This document shows, in pieces, positions 26,245 through 27,108 of a stretch of 27,108 bases of DNA. Both the position numbers and the translations under genes were made by a program. Source of the DNA: Candidatus Thorarchaeota archaeon (GTDB lineage: Archaea > Asgardarchaeota > Thorarchaeia > Thorarchaeales > Thorarchaeaceae); NCBI GenBank assembly GCA_019057475.1, contig DXJO01000012.1, positions 1 to 27,108 of the forward strand, read 5' to 3'. The stretch's first letter is position 1. Each line of letters starts with the position of its first letter. The notes below the pieces were generated by a model. That model ran no database searches. It was not told the DNA's origin and saw nothing but the letters and a program-made list of their open reading frames with translations.

Positions 26245-26416
26245 ACAAGAAAATCAGAAATAGTGTTTCTTGCACGCTTGGTCAGGTATGCAAGAACGTA
26301 ATGGTGCGAACAAGAGCGCTGTATATGTCGATATGATCAAATCCATGGTCGCAGACGAAATCACCGCAGGGAATGAGGTCCTATTATCCAAGGACGAATT
26401 CTTCTTCGAGAAGTAA
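26245..26416 (+). pseudogene. Second decayed duplicate of the aminopeptidase 3' end (A'')
   Basis: KKIRNSVSCTLGQVCKN / (same 1-nt deletion) NGANKSAVYVDMIKSMVADEITAGNEVLLSKDEFFFEK*. Confidence 0.88.
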
Positions 26417-26581
26417 ATAAGGTTTGAAATCCATCGAAAACGGCAGCAGGAATTTCGCAGGGGGAAGCATCTATGCAGCCCGAGGGCCGTTTCCATGAGA
26501 TGCAGTTTTATGGCCATTAGATGAGTTTCTAGGGTGTGCTGCTCCGTCTGTGGCAGTCAAGACAAGTCAAGAGGACTCGCA

Positions 26582-26995
26582 ATGGCAATGAAGAAATCAA
26601 AATCTTGCAGCATCACGGGAATGATGTGCGGAATCGCCATCATAGTGCTAGGCGGAATCAGTGGCCTGATACTGTTCATATCAAACGCGGGTGGTGCCTC
26701 TTTTCCATTATCTCTGTTTTATCTTCTGGACATCCCGTTCATTGCCGTCATGATTGGTGTCACTCTAATCCTACGCTCGGTCCCATTTCCGGGTGGTTCG
26801 ATGTTCGCACGCAGAACAGGCCGACCAGTGGACACTAGACCATCTGCGGAAAAGAGCTTCATCTATGAAACCCCGGGGACGTGCTCAAGCTGCGGCGCAG
26901 GCATTAACGCCGAAACCGTAGAATGGGTGGGACCGTTAAGCATTAAGTGCCCCTATTGCGGTGCCACGCTCGATACGGTAAGGAGAGAGGTCTAA
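26582..26995 (+). CDS. Hypothetical 2-TM membrane protein with C-terminal zinc ribbon
   Basis: Two hydrophobic helices, then CSSCGA...V.WVGP...KCPYCG. ATG 26582 is preceded by GAGGA. Confidence 0.8.
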   Translation: MAMKKSKSCSITGMMCGIAIIVLGGISGLILFISNAGGASFPLSLFYLLDIPFIAVMIGVTLILRSVPFPGGSMFARRTGRPVDTRPSAEKSFIYETPGTCSSCGAGINAETVEWVGPLSIKCPYCGATLDTVRREV

Positions 26996-27108
26996 GCCGT
27001 TGCCCGAAACTTGTACAATCCTGGACATCAATGTCCTTGACTGATGTTCGATTCCTGATTCATTGAGGTCTGCTCTGCAGATCCTACTGAATCTGCGACA
27101 AGTCTCAC

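Noticed and set aside
26996-27108. Possible 3' end of a minus-strand gene and short hairpins at the right edge
   Set aside because: Too little sequence to choose a frame or assign a function.

Overview
Archaeal chromosomal window. The gene content and protein style suggest an Asgard (Thorarchaeia-like) organism; this is inference only. Left to right: an archaeal-type threonyl-tRNA synthetase running off the left edge (absent from the ORF track); two very large membrane-anchored surface proteins built from parallel beta-helix (NosD-like) and Ig-like modules; an MFS transporter; a class-I flavin disulfide reductase convergent with a DsrE-like gene; a minus-strand cluster of SCP2-domain protein, VAO/PCMH-family FAD oxidoreductase, CCG-domain Fe-S protein and MFS; GTP-PEPCK; a small membrane protein; a GNAT; an ArsB/NhaD-type permease; an M29 aminopeptidase; and a Zn-ribbon membrane protein. 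The most unusual structure follows the aminopeptidase. Its 3' end recurs twice as decayed copies that frame two paralogous ~4-TM genes (A-M1-A'-M2-A''). The middle copy is a chimera of the other two, and the paralogs differ mostly by amino-acid-changing substitutions concentrated on one predicted membrane face. A similar relic (gene 3' end plus terminator) flanks the larger surface-protein gene. No integrase, transposase, reverse transcriptase, CRISPR array, rRNA or complete tRNA was recognised.
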